IMG/VR virus record: IMGVR_UViG_3300015608_003951
Location: 64,001 to 128,000 of that record
Source: a virus
Taxonomy: Duplodnaviria > Caudoviricetes
Length of the DNA stretch: 64,000 bases
Reading direction: 5' to 3' (one strand)
Below, piece by piece: positions 39,292 through 48,422 of the stretch. The notes under the pieces were generated by a model. It was not told where the DNA came from, searched no databases, and worked only from the letters and a program-made list of their open reading frames with translations. How positions within the stretch are numbered: the first letter of the stretch is position 1; each line of letters starts with the position of its first letter. The translations under genes and the position numbers were made by a program.

Positions 39292-40328
39292 ATACGTGGG
39301 TACTTTGTTGGCTGCTTACAGCGGTTGAGGCAATAGGAGGTATAGGTTGGCGCACTGTTTAGCGCCTGGTGCACTTCTTCTGGGGTCAAGGCGTCCGGCT
39401 GGAGCTTACCTCCACGAGGGTAGAGGGGTAGGCGAACATCGCTACTTTCGCTCAGCTTCTCTGCCATCTCGTACCGGTGGTCTCCTGCCGGGTCTTGGTC
39501 CAAAAACAGATAGAGCACCCCGTTGAGTCGTTCAAGCAGCGCTTGCTGCTCCTCGGTCATAATCGATCCGAGCAACGCGACCACGTAAGGGTAGCCGCAC
39601 TGGCGCAACCACAGGGTGCTCTTGAATCCTTCGCTAACGATGACTGGTGAACCAGGCGCGTGCTCGCTGATCGCGGCGACCTGGTCGTAGTTCCATAGCA
39701 GCTTCCCTTTCTCTGGCGGGTCGAGGAGCGGTAGGCCCCACCTCCCATATTCCCGTTTTGTGTAAACTTTGTATCGAGGCACTTGATCCTCGAAGATGGA
39801 CCTGCCGCTGAACCCCACGAGCTGCCCCGTGTGGTCTCTGAGCGGGAAGGTGATTCGACAGTTCTTCCTGTCGAATCCAACGTTGAACGTCCTCAGCAGC
39901 CTCTTGGAGAACCCTGCCCGAATCAAGTCCGTAGGGGCCTCATCGAAGAGACCCAACGATTCCTCTGGCAGCACACGGTCCTTGGGGAAGGCGCGCACCC
40001 AGACAGCTTGGTCGGCCACATCCAGCTGGGACTCCCGCTGGATCTCGGCCGCCAACTCCACGATCTTCTCGATGGAGCCCGAGGGGGACCCAAGCCCCCG
40101 CAGCAATGCCCGGAAGTTTCCGCACCTCTTACACGCATGACACAGCCAGAGGCCTGTCTCGGTGTGGATGGCAAAGGAGGGTGTGTGGTCCCTGCCTGTA
40201 GCGTGCGGGAACGGGCAGAGGGCCATCACATTGCCCCTGCCCGCGCGCCTGGTCTCACCAAGTAGCTGTTGGATGACGGGGAGGAGGAACCCCTCACCCA
40301 TCGGCGCCACCGCCCCCATCGATGTCAT
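39288..40328 (-). CDS. dnaG: DNA primase
   Basis: CPFPH..C..C zinc finger, ITFPLRD..GFSGR, TOPRIM SEG..DQD. Confidence 0.9.
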   Translation of the reverse strand: MTSMGAVAPMGEGFLLPVIQQLLGETRRAGRGNVMALCPFPHATGRDHTPSFAIHTETGLWLCHACKRCGNFRALLRGLGSPSGSIEKIVELAAEIQRESQLDVADQAVWVRAFPKDRVLPEESLGLFDEAPTDLIRAGFSKRLLRTFNVGFDRKNCRITFPLRDHTGQLVGFSGRSIFEDQVPRYKVYTKREYGRWGLPLLDPPEKGKLLWNYDQVAAISEHAPGSPVIVSEGFKSTLWLRQCGYPYVVALLGSIMTEEQQALLERLNGVLYLFLDQDPAGDHRYEMAEKLSESSDVRLPLYPRGGKLQPDALTPEEVHQALNSAPTYTSYCLNRCKQPTKYPRI

Positions 40329-41727
40329 CTAGGCGGCTATACACCTTGGCTTTCTTCCGGGGTTTACGGCCCGAGGGGGGCCCTAGCGGGGCCGGTGCCC
40401 CGCCGAGAGGGGCGGTGACAGCGGGCTCTTCGTCAGGAACATCCTCCGCAATAGACCTCCTTATGGCATCGGGATCCAGCAGCGCGATCTCGCTGAAGTC
40501 TACACACGGCACAGCGTTGATCTTCAAACCGGTAGCACGCCATTCACGTACGCCGGGGAATAGTAGATTGACAGTGCTGTCAGTCTTGCTTGCGACAATA
40601 CGAATAGCCACGGTGGCGTCTTGCCCAGGTGCATCGCTGAAGCCGATCTCGTCCAGGTCAGCTTCGAGCCCGGACTTGTCCGCTCCACGGTTCGCCTGGA
40701 TGGTGGCGATCACAGGGATCTTCAGGTCAAGGGACACGGCCCGCACCTCCCGGGAGATGGATTCCACCTTTTCGCGGGTGTCCTTGGCCTTGATGTGCGC
40801 GGTCATCAGGTAGAGTCCGTCGATGAAGACGACGTCGGGCTGAAGCCGCTTTATCTGCTGCCGAAGCCAGCCAACGGTATCGCTGCCCCTCGGGGCATCG
40901 CGGCCAGACACGCAGCTGATCTGGTTTTTGCCGTTGCTCTGCTGCGCCCTGGCAAGCGCCATGTTGGCCATCTCATGGAGCCTGGCCTTGGACGTCGCGT
41001 CCAGCGTTCCGCTGCTGAAGGACTCGTAGTCCACGTTGGCCAGGAAGGCCATGAGCCGCCACATGATCTGCTCTTCGGGCATCTCCTTCGAGTAGAAGAG
41101 CACGTGCTTGCCTTGCTCCAAGAAGATGTCCATGGCGTGGTGCAGCACCACGAAGCTCTTCTTGTTTTTAGGCCTGCCGTAGTAGATCACGTAGTCTGTC
41201 GGCTCGATCCCGCGGCTTAGCCTGTTGAGGAGAGGCCAGGGCCACATGATCGGGTTCACGGCGAGCCCGGCCTCCAGCATCTCGTAGCGCTCCAGGCCAC
41301 GAGGGATGTAGCTGGTGAGCGTGGTGATCCCCGTACGCTTGGACAGGGATCGAAGGTCGGCCAACTTGGCGGATAGCCGCTCAATCGCCTCTTCTGGGTC
41401 CCCGTCGCGCTCCTTATCCGCCTCCCGAAGGGCCTTATCTACACTCACCCGGATGCGGTGGCTTCGAAGCTCGTGGCAGAGGGCAGACGTAGCCATGCCT
41501 GCGTCATCCACGAGTCGAAAATCCGGGTAGTGCGCCTGGATCTGGTAGATTCCCGGGAGTGACCCCCGGGTTGCAGGCTGCGTGATGTAGTCGAGCAGGT
41601 ACCTATAGAACCCGCGACCCTCTGGCGTGAGAAGGTCCTCTTCGGTGATGCCCCACGCCTGCACGTCGGCCATGGCCGGGGGCCCTTCGCGTATGATGCG
41701 GCTGATCAGCGGTAGATCTCTGCTCAT
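40294..41727 (-). CDS. dnaB: replicative DNA helicase, DnaB-like
   Basis: YGRPKNKKS (variant Walker A), SKEM, VFIDGLY, TIQANR, SDAPGQDA. Confidence 0.8.
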   Translation of the reverse strand: MSRDLPLISRIIREGPPAMADVQAWGITEEDLLTPEGRGFYRYLLDYITQPATRGSLPGIYQIQAHYPDFRLVDDAGMATSALCHELRSHRIRVSVDKALREADKERDGDPEEAIERLSAKLADLRSLSKRTGITTLTSYIPRGLERYEMLEAGLAVNPIMWPWPLLNRLSRGIEPTDYVIYYGRPKNKKSFVVLHHAMDIFLEQGKHVLFYSKEMPEEQIMWRLMAFLANVDYESFSSGTLDATSKARLHEMANMALARAQQSNGKNQISCVSGRDAPRGSDTVGWLRQQIKRLQPDVVFIDGLYLMTAHIKAKDTREKVESISREVRAVSLDLKIPVIATIQANRGADKSGLEADLDEIGFSDAPGQDATVAIRIVASKTDSTVNLLFPGVREWRATGLKINAVPCVDFSEIALLDPDAIRRSIAEDVPDEEPAVTAPLGGAPAPLGPPSGRKPRKKAKVYSRLDDIDGGGGADG

Positions 41728-41730
41728 GCT

Positions 41731-42072
41731 TCACCCGATTTGCCCGGGAACCTTGGACCAGTTCGACAGGCTGGGGGGCTCCTCCATGGGGGTGGTGCTC
41801 GCGGACTCGGCCATGACGTTCTGAGCGGGGCGCGGACCATCGGACAGGTCGGCAACGGCGTCCTGCTCCATGCTGTTGATCAGGTCTTGCAGGAGGCTCA
41901 AGGTCTTGGGAGACCACCCGTGACCCCCTCGCGCAAACGCGCCGACCTTGACAGCGGCTGCGGAGTTGTAGAGCCCGAACTCCGCACGCAGCTGGGGTAT
42001 GCCGTCTGCGTTAGAGATTTCGAGGCTCATCAACTGGAGCAAGTCGATCTTTCTGGGCGTAATCGGCTTCAT
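41731..42072 (-). CDS. hypothetical protein
   Basis: Tightly packed ORF in the operon. Confidence 0.55.
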   Translation of the reverse strand: MKPITPRKIDLLQLMSLEISNADGIPQLRAEFGLYNSAAAVKVGAFARGGHGWSPKTLSLLQDLINSMEQDAVADLSDGPRPAQNVMAESASTTPMEEPPSLSNWSKVPGQIG

Positions 42073-42485
42073 GGCGTCCTATAGGGTTCGGGGACAACGA
42101 TGTTCTGGGAGACGTTGATGAGCGTCACGGCAAGGGTGGGGTCAAGCTTCCCGCTCGCGACAGCCCGCTGAACTTGGGCGATGGAGAGCTTGGGCACGAC
42201 GTCGAGCGTGCCGCCGATGTCGACGAACTGCTGCTGTCCGAGGGCGGTCAGCGCACGCTCCGCATCCACCCTGCGCACCTCCTTACCCAGGACCACCGGC
42301 CCGAGGGGCTGCTTCGACGCCCTGGCAAACTCCTCCAGTTGCGCTGCGGCAGCGTTGACCTCGTCGGTCAGCCCCCGCAGGTAGTCCAGCAGCTGCCTAT
42401 GCGTGCCCACGAACTGCTCCAGCGCGGCCACCGCCTTCGTGTGGCGCTCGACAGCCGCTGCACGTTCCGCTGGGTTGTTGATCAT
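42069..42485 (-). CDS. hypothetical protein
   Basis: GGAGG SD, ATGA coupling. Confidence 0.55.
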   Translation of the reverse strand: MINNPAERAAAVERHTKAVAALEQFVGTHRQLLDYLRGLTDEVNAAAAQLEEFARASKQPLGPVVLGKEVRRVDAERALTALGQQQFVDIGGTLDVVPKLSIAQVQRAVASGKLDPTLAVTLINVSQNIVVPEPYRTP

Positions 42486-43321
42486 TGACCCTCCTTTCGA
42501 TACGCCTCGTAAACTTGGCTCACAAGATGAAACGTGGACACCAGCGCGGTGAACGCGCCGCTGCTGCTGCGATCTGCTTGTTGTCGCAGCGCGTCTGCCG
42601 TCGACACCGTCACGAGCACGGGGTAGGACACCCCCATGTTGTCCGTGGGCCACGTCCAGACACCGAGTCGCCGCCTGCCCCAAGTGCCCTTTTTATCCAG
42701 GTGAGGGACTTCCAGAGCTCCGGGGAAGGTCAGCTTCTCTAGCTTGGGCGTCTTGGAGACCGCCGTGGGTTTGCCCATGACGGCCCTGCCAGCCACCTCC
42801 CCGAAGGCCACGATGAGAACGGGGTCTACGGAGTAGATCTCGGCGAGCATGCGCTGGTGACACGCACCGAACTCCTCAGCCGTGGGGCTCCTGTCCTTGA
42901 AGCTCAAGAACTTCTTCGCCACACCCCTGACCATGCGCTCCTGGACCAGCTGGTTACCCTCGGCGTCGATCCGAGGGGACGTGGGTCGACACAAGGTGGC
43001 CCCGGTGAACCAGGCGGGGATGTTGAACTTGTCGGCCAAGGTCCGGATAAAGGAGCCTCGACCCTCCTCGGGGAAGAGAGTCTCGTTCTTCTCCACAGGG
43101 AAGGCGCAACCCGCCACCTCTGCCCGCCACCCAGGAGCGGCGTCGACGAACATGATACCCCCCGGCACACCCTGCCCATGGATCCTCGCCGCGGCCTCCG
43201 GGTATTCTGGATGGTTCCTGCGCTCCTCCAGTGCACGACCCGCAGGGCACAGGGTGCACTCGCTCCAGTCGCGTTGGACATCTGCGGGAGATCGCCGCGC
43301 ATCAGGACGATATGTAGTCAA
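42482..43321 (-). CDS. family-4 uracil-DNA glycosylase-like protein (probably inactive)
   Basis: CTLC, MFVDAAPG..E, LCRP, C..RMLAEIYSVDPVLIVAFG; catalytic HP motif absent. Confidence 0.7.
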   Translation of the reverse strand: MTTYRPDARRSPADVQRDWSECTLCPAGRALEERRNHPEYPEAAARIHGQGVPGGIMFVDAAPGWRAEVAGCAFPVEKNETLFPEEGRGSFIRTLADKFNIPAWFTGATLCRPTSPRIDAEGNQLVQERMVRGVAKKFLSFKDRSPTAEEFGACHQRMLAEIYSVDPVLIVAFGEVAGRAVMGKPTAVSKTPKLEKLTFPGALEVPHLDKKGTWGRRRLGVWTWPTDNMGVSYPVLVTVSTADALRQQADRSSSGAFTALVSTFHLVSQVYEAYRKEGQ

Positions 43322-44789
43322 AAATACTCTCCGTTCTGGGGGTGTAGGGCCCCCCTTGCTCCACAGGCCAAGACCTGAGAGCGCGTTTTGTCTTGGCCAG
43401 CATCGCCTCTGTCACCGGGTGCATGTCGGCCAGGATGAGGACCTGGCGAACGTTGTTGGTCGCTGACGGCCGCAGGATCCGCCCGATCATCTGCTGGATA
43501 AGGCCTACGTCTACCGCAGGCTCGTGGAGGACGAGGGTGTCCCTGGAAGGGTCGTCCAACCCCTCCCGGCCGTAGCGGGTTATCGACAGCAGGATAGGTC
43601 GGGCGCACAGGGGCGCCCTCTTTTCGAGAGGGATTTCGTACGCCAGAGCGCCCACCGTGGGTTGAAGGTTCAGGAGTGCGGCCAACCTCTTCTTCCGCTC
43701 CTCGTCCGTTTTCGTGTCCACCAGCGGCTCACCTGCCAGATCGGCAGCTAGGTTCGTCAGGGCATGTAGCGACCTGGTGAGCAGCAAGGGGCGCCTGCCA
43801 TCGCGGAGCAGCTTCTGTAGAAGTCTCGTGACCGCACGGACTCGGGGAGGGTCGTCAGCGAGCCGAGCCCCGATCAGCGCGAGGCTCTGTTCCGTGCTGA
43901 AGTCGGGTTCGAGTCTCGCAGGCGTGGGAGGTAGCTGGAGTACGCGCACCTCCGGAGTGAAGGGGGGTTTTAGCCTTTTGAACAGCGTGCCGCCAAGGTG
44001 GACGCCAACGAGCTCATCCATCCCATCTCTCCTTGTGGGGGTGGCCGATAGCGATATCCGTTGCCCGTGGAAGAGCCCCGCACAGCGGCTGTACGTGTTG
44101 GAGCCCAGGTGGTGACCCTCGTCGTAGAATACCGTGCCGTAGAACGCGCGTTGCTCGTCCGTGGGCACGATGTCTGCGAGGCGCGAGTACAGCGTCAGGG
44201 TGAAGGCAGCGCGTGCCCAGCCAGTACGCCCTGACCACACGTGAGGCCGGGAGGCCCACTTGTGCCGATCCATGCCCCGGTAGTCCGTGTGTTTGGACAG
44301 CGCCTCCACCCACTGCTCTAGCAACACGTTGTTGTCCACGACGATCAGGCAGGGCTTCGCGGTACGTATCGCGTGTTCGATGGCAATCACGGTCTTGCCT
44401 GCCCCGCAGTACAGCTGGAGGGTGCCGTCCAGGCCGGTGCTGAGGGCCTCCAGCGCGTCGTGTTGCAGCCGTTCGCCCCCAGGGACCGCATAGCGATCGA
44501 GTACGATGTTGCTCGTAGCCGTGCCCCCGTAGGAGTTGGCGAGGATCCTACGGTCGTTAAGCTTTATGCCGAAGTGGTTCCCCTTGCCCGTGCCCAGGAC
44601 CATGTCCCGATAGAGCCCCGCCCAGTTGCGCGGCAGCGCGACGAAGTCGCCTTGCAGCCCGTACCCTGGCTCCGACCTCAGCCAGGGCAGTTGCCTCTCG
44701 ATTATCTCGTAGACGACAACGGAGCTCGGCAGGCACAACCGGTAGTCCACATAACCTTCTGCCACTCGGACCTCCGCCGTCGTCATCAT
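43302..44789 (-). CDS. superfamily 2 DExH helicase (UvsW/XPB-like)
   Basis: CGAGKT, YDEGHH, LSATP.RRDG, EGLDDP, QMIGRILR. Confidence 0.85.
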   Translation of the reverse strand: MMTTAEVRVAEGYVDYRLCLPSSVVVYEIIERQLPWLRSEPGYGLQGDFVALPRNWAGLYRDMVLGTGKGNHFGIKLNDRRILANSYGGTATSNIVLDRYAVPGGERLQHDALEALSTGLDGTLQLYCGAGKTVIAIEHAIRTAKPCLIVVDNNVLLEQWVEALSKHTDYRGMDRHKWASRPHVWSGRTGWARAAFTLTLYSRLADIVPTDEQRAFYGTVFYDEGHHLGSNTYSRCAGLFHGQRISLSATPTRRDGMDELVGVHLGGTLFKRLKPPFTPEVRVLQLPPTPARLEPDFSTEQSLALIGARLADDPPRVRAVTRLLQKLLRDGRRPLLLTRSLHALTNLAADLAGEPLVDTKTDEERKKRLAALLNLQPTVGALAYEIPLEKRAPLCARPILLSITRYGREGLDDPSRDTLVLHEPAVDVGLIQQMIGRILRPSATNNVRQVLILADMHPVTEAMLAKTKRALRSWPVEQGGPYTPRTESIFDYISS

Positions 44790-45351
44790 CGTCCCCGAGC
44801 ACGACGCCGTCAAAGAAGTCAGCACCCTGCATGAAAGCCCCCTTCGCCCCAGCGCGGAACATCTCCAGGAAGAAGGACTTAACCTTCTTCTTCCTGCCCT
44901 CCTTCCGCCCCAGGAAGCTGACGGTGTCAACGGCCACAGGGTTGTAGTGGACCCTGCCCATCGTATGGGGGCCTTGTACCTGCATCTGGGTGTGCGTTTG
45001 CGGATAACCCACGCTCTCTCCCTGGCGGGGCGCCATATGACCGACCGTAGGGGGCCCGACCTGGTGGACCTGAGGGGGGTGTGCCTGCGGGCGCTGCTGG
45101 ATGGCCGTGGACTGCGCAGGAGGGGGCGGCGGGTAGACGTTCCTGGCAGGCTCCTGGTGGGGGCTCTGCTGGCCGTTCGTCAGGCGGGTCACGGGGATCA
45201 GCTGGAGAGCTGCGTGCGCCACATGTGCCTTACACGCCCGCTCCAGGTCACAGGGGGGCTGCCGAGTCCCGTTTTGGCCGTAATCCGGACCCCCCACACA
45301 GGCCACGTCCCCGCTAGACCAGTCGCGGCCGAAACATTCCATATCTCTCAT
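44752..45351 (-). CDS. hypothetical Cys/Pro/Gln-rich protein, ends at TTA
   Basis: Acidic tail DDDDDGGGPSGRR then in-frame TTA; removes 195 nt of overlap with the helicase. Confidence 0.6.
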
Positions 45352-45401
45352 GGTGTGCCCTTTCGCTCCTCTTCTTCCCGAATACCGACTACTCTTGGGG
45401 C

Positions 45402-45941
45402 ATGCGCAACTTCTCCGGCCTGGTTCTGGACCCCTACGACGACCCGTCCAGGGTGCTCGTTTCTGCGGTTTTCCCGCACGGCACGCCTCCCGTGCTCAAG
45501 AGTGCGGCGGACCTGAGCGCCAAGCTAGCGTCCCTGCCGGACGCCCTCTTCGCCCTCCGGCTCACCAACGAGGGGGAGTCGATGCGCAAGCTGGCGACGG
45601 TGGACGCGGGCAACACCGCGCTCAGCACCTTGTATTTCATGCACCTGGGCGGGGTTCTGCCCCCCGAAGCGCAGAAGATGGCGGCAGCCAACCTGTGCTT
45701 GGCCTCTGACTGGTACGGGCTCAGGCGCCCCGATAGCCTGGAAAAGATCGCTTTCGGCGGCCTCATCATGAAGGGGCTGGGAGCCGTGGGTAAGTCGGTG
45801 GTGAACAACCCCCTGGGCGCTGTGGGCAAGGTCATGACGGGGATGAGCCTGGCGGGTGCTGGCAAGGCCATGGGTGCTAACTTGAGTCAAGCCGCTGGAG
45901 CTGGCGGCAGCGTCCTCCCCCTCAGCTCGTTTGGAGGTTTA
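45402..45941 (+). CDS. putative head protein with K-x-A motifs, ends at TTA
   Basis: TACTCT-N6-ATG; TTA 45939-45941 lies between a GGAGG and a GTG. Confidence 0.55.
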
Positions 45942-45944
45942 ACC

Positions 45945-46769
45945 GTGAAGCTCGCCGACCTTTCAGGCACGGACGTGATGCCGTACCAAGAGAACAAGCC
46001 CAAGAAGCCGGCCTTTCAAGAGTACGGCACCATGAAGCACGCGTACCTCGACGTGTCCGGGAGGGACAACCAGCCGGATCTCGTCAAGAGGGCTGGCGGG
46101 AGGTTCTGCCTCGCCAACCCTTCCAGGTACCCGATCGACGACGCCCTCCAGATCAAGACGGCCAGCGAGTACTTCGACGATAACTACCGCAGCATGAGCC
46201 CCGTGGTGCGCCGGGAGTATGCGACCAACCTCTACAAGCGGGCCGAAGAGTGCGCTTTCGCGGTGTCGGAAGACGTGCAGCGCTATGGCGCCCCTACGCT
46301 GGGGTCTCACGAACACTGCAAGGAGGCCTGGGCTGTGCGCAGGCGCTTTGCAGAGGAGAAGGACGTAGGGCTCCTGGACAAGATCGCCTCTGCGCACCTC
46401 GACCTGGCGCTCCCCAACGAGGACTTTGCTGCGCTCATGCACGCCTTCGATAAGAAGGCGGGGCTGGATCGCCTCTACGACACGCACATCACCGACCCCT
46501 GGGGCTGCCTGTTCGCTCCCGTGAAGCTCGCTGAGTTTAGCGAGATCCTGGGTACGGACATGATCACGGCCACAGGTCTGCACAGCGCAGCCCAGACGGA
46601 GACGGGAAGGGTCTCCCTCAACAGGCTCTACGACAAGGCCTTCGTGCTGAAGTTCATGAGCGACCCCGTGGGCACGTACAAGTCGTTGCCTGTCGAACAG
46701 CGCAAGCTGCTGGGCAGGGTGGCCATGTCCAACGGCAGGGATGGTCGAGGGCTGCACGTTGGGCACTGA
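45945..46769 (+). CDS. putative head/scaffold-associated protein with K-x-A motifs
   Basis: GGAGG 45933-45937 plus GTG; MKLA start; RYPIDD motif similar to the C-terminal domain of the 8254 protein. Confidence 0.55.
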   Translation: MKLADLSGTDVMPYQENKPKKPAFQEYGTMKHAYLDVSGRDNQPDLVKRAGGRFCLANPSRYPIDDALQIKTASEYFDDNYRSMSPVVRREYATNLYKRAEECAFAVSEDVQRYGAPTLGSHEHCKEAWAVRRRFAEEKDVGLLDKIASAHLDLALPNEDFAALMHAFDKKAGLDRLYDTHITDPWGCLFAPVKLAEFSEILGTDMITATGLHSAAQTETGRVSLNRLYDKAFVLKFMSDPVGTYKSLPVEQRKLLGRVAMSNGRDGRGLHVGH

Positions 46770-47559
46770 TCTTTTCGAAACGGAGCTCGACCGGGTGGAG
46801 CGGTTCCTCCTGGAGCAGGCGCCCAAAGACGGCGAGTTGCAGCCCTTCGGTGAGTCCACAGACGTGGTGGTGGACGCCTTGCCCTTGGAGGAGCACCACC
46901 ACGAGATACATCTTCCCCCGCACCCGGCCACACTGAACGCCAGTACAGTTTGGAGCTTGCCCGAGGCTCACCCGCTGGTCCTGAGCATGCTGCTGCTCAA
47001 GAAGTACGAGCTGGACTGGCTGGGCTGGACCATGTCGACCGTGGAGCACGCTATCGAGGACGCCTTTGGCCCAGTTCTCCCTGTGAACCTGTCCAAGGTC
47101 ATGGCCTGTCAGCTGGCGCACACCAGCGAAGGTCCGTGGACCCACTGGGAGATGTTTTTGCCGGTGTGTTCGGCCTTCAACAGCGTACTGCCCGACTTCG
47201 AGCAGATGCAGGTGCCCAGCGCCGCTGAGGCCACGTTCGCCGTACGGACGCTCGACATCATCGACACAAGACCGGACCCTTGGTCCACCGAACTCAAACG
47301 CTTCCTATCGACCGTGTACCAGCACGATCAGGTGGCCATGGGGGTGGATGCTTGCGCCTTCATCACGGTCCAGGGCCACTGGCTTGACATGGACCGCGGA
47401 CAGATCCTTCGCAGGTGGCCGGAGGTGAAGCGTACTGGCAAGGCCCCAGAGGGTGACTCGATGGAGGACGAGCAGCTGAGGAAGATGCTGGAGATCGAGC
47501 TCTACCTTGACCAGCAGAGGAAACTCCTTGAGCAACAACTCCACATCGCGAGGCGCTTA
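46741..47559 (+). CDS. hypothetical protein in the head cluster, ends at TTA
   Basis: TTA 47557-47559 overlaps the next ATG (TTATG); start uncertain. Confidence 0.6.
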
Positions 47560-48416
47560 TGCGTAGCCCGATTAAGCTCGCCAACTACCTAGCCCCCACC
47601 CTGGCCGGAGCAGGCCTTGGTGCACTGGCCGGCTTTGGCCAGTCGGTCTCTGCTTCCAGGAACGAAGGGGCTTCTTGGTCCGATGCCCTGAAGGGGGGGC
47701 TCAAGAGGGGGCTACAGGGGGCGGTTGTTGGCGGGGCTGTCGGTGCCGGCGTGCGTAGGTTCTCGCCAGACATGGCAGAGGGGCTAACGAACTACGGACA
47801 TAAGACGCTCTACTCGCTTACGGGCCACTTGCCGCAGGGGAAGAGCCTGGCGGACCTGGGCGGCGGATCCGGGTACACGCAGGGCATCCTCGACAACGCG
47901 AGGAAGGCTGTCCTTGAGAGTAAGGCCACCGAGCAGCACGCCGCGCAGGAGGCCTTCCGACGGGCCCTCGACAGCCACAAGGCTGTGGTCGATGCAGAAC
48001 AATCAGGTCTCACCAACCTTCCGGGATTGGTCAAGGGGCTGGTGACCCCGTCACGCACGCTGGACACCGTGCGTAAGGCCGCCAAGGGGACTTGGGCAGG
48101 CACAGACACCCTCGGCAAGGCCTTGATCCTATCCCCCCTCATCGGAGGGGCAGCCAGCATCGCGACGGACCCCAGCGAGGAGGACCCCCGAAGCCGGCTC
48201 AGGAAGGCCGTTGAGATAGGGGGCACCACGGCGCTTAACCTGGCCACGGCGCCCCTTCAGATGGCCACCACGGCCAAGTCTGTTACAGGCTCCCTCCTCG
48301 GCCAGATCACGGCGGGGACCGGGGTAAACCATATGATGACTTTGCCCATCCAGGAGCTGGCGCGCAAGGTAGACGTGCCTCCTCCCCTACCGCGACCCAC
48401 CGCAGAAGCAGGGTGA
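47559..48416 (+). CDS. Gly/Ala-rich putative internal virion/ejection protein
   Basis: KLA near the N-terminus, then AGAGLGALAG and GAVVGGAVGAG glycine-zipper segments. Confidence 0.55.
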   Translation: MRSPIKLANYLAPTLAGAGLGALAGFGQSVSASRNEGASWSDALKGGLKRGLQGAVVGGAVGAGVRRFSPDMAEGLTNYGHKTLYSLTGHLPQGKSLADLGGGSGYTQGILDNARKAVLESKATEQHAAQEAFRRALDSHKAVVDAEQSGLTNLPGLVKGLVTPSRTLDTVRKAAKGTWAGTDTLGKALILSPLIGGAASIATDPSEEDPRSRLRKAVEIGGTTALNLATAPLQMATTAKSVTGSLLGQITAGTGVNHMMTLPIQELARKVDVPPPLPRPTAEAG

Positions 48417-48422
48417 TCGAGA

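Noticed and set aside
38053-39336. Long antisense ORFs (also 51689-53224, 54529-55923, 55957-57729, 60853-62685)
   Set aside because: Shadows of genes with high GC at third positions; no recognisable motifs
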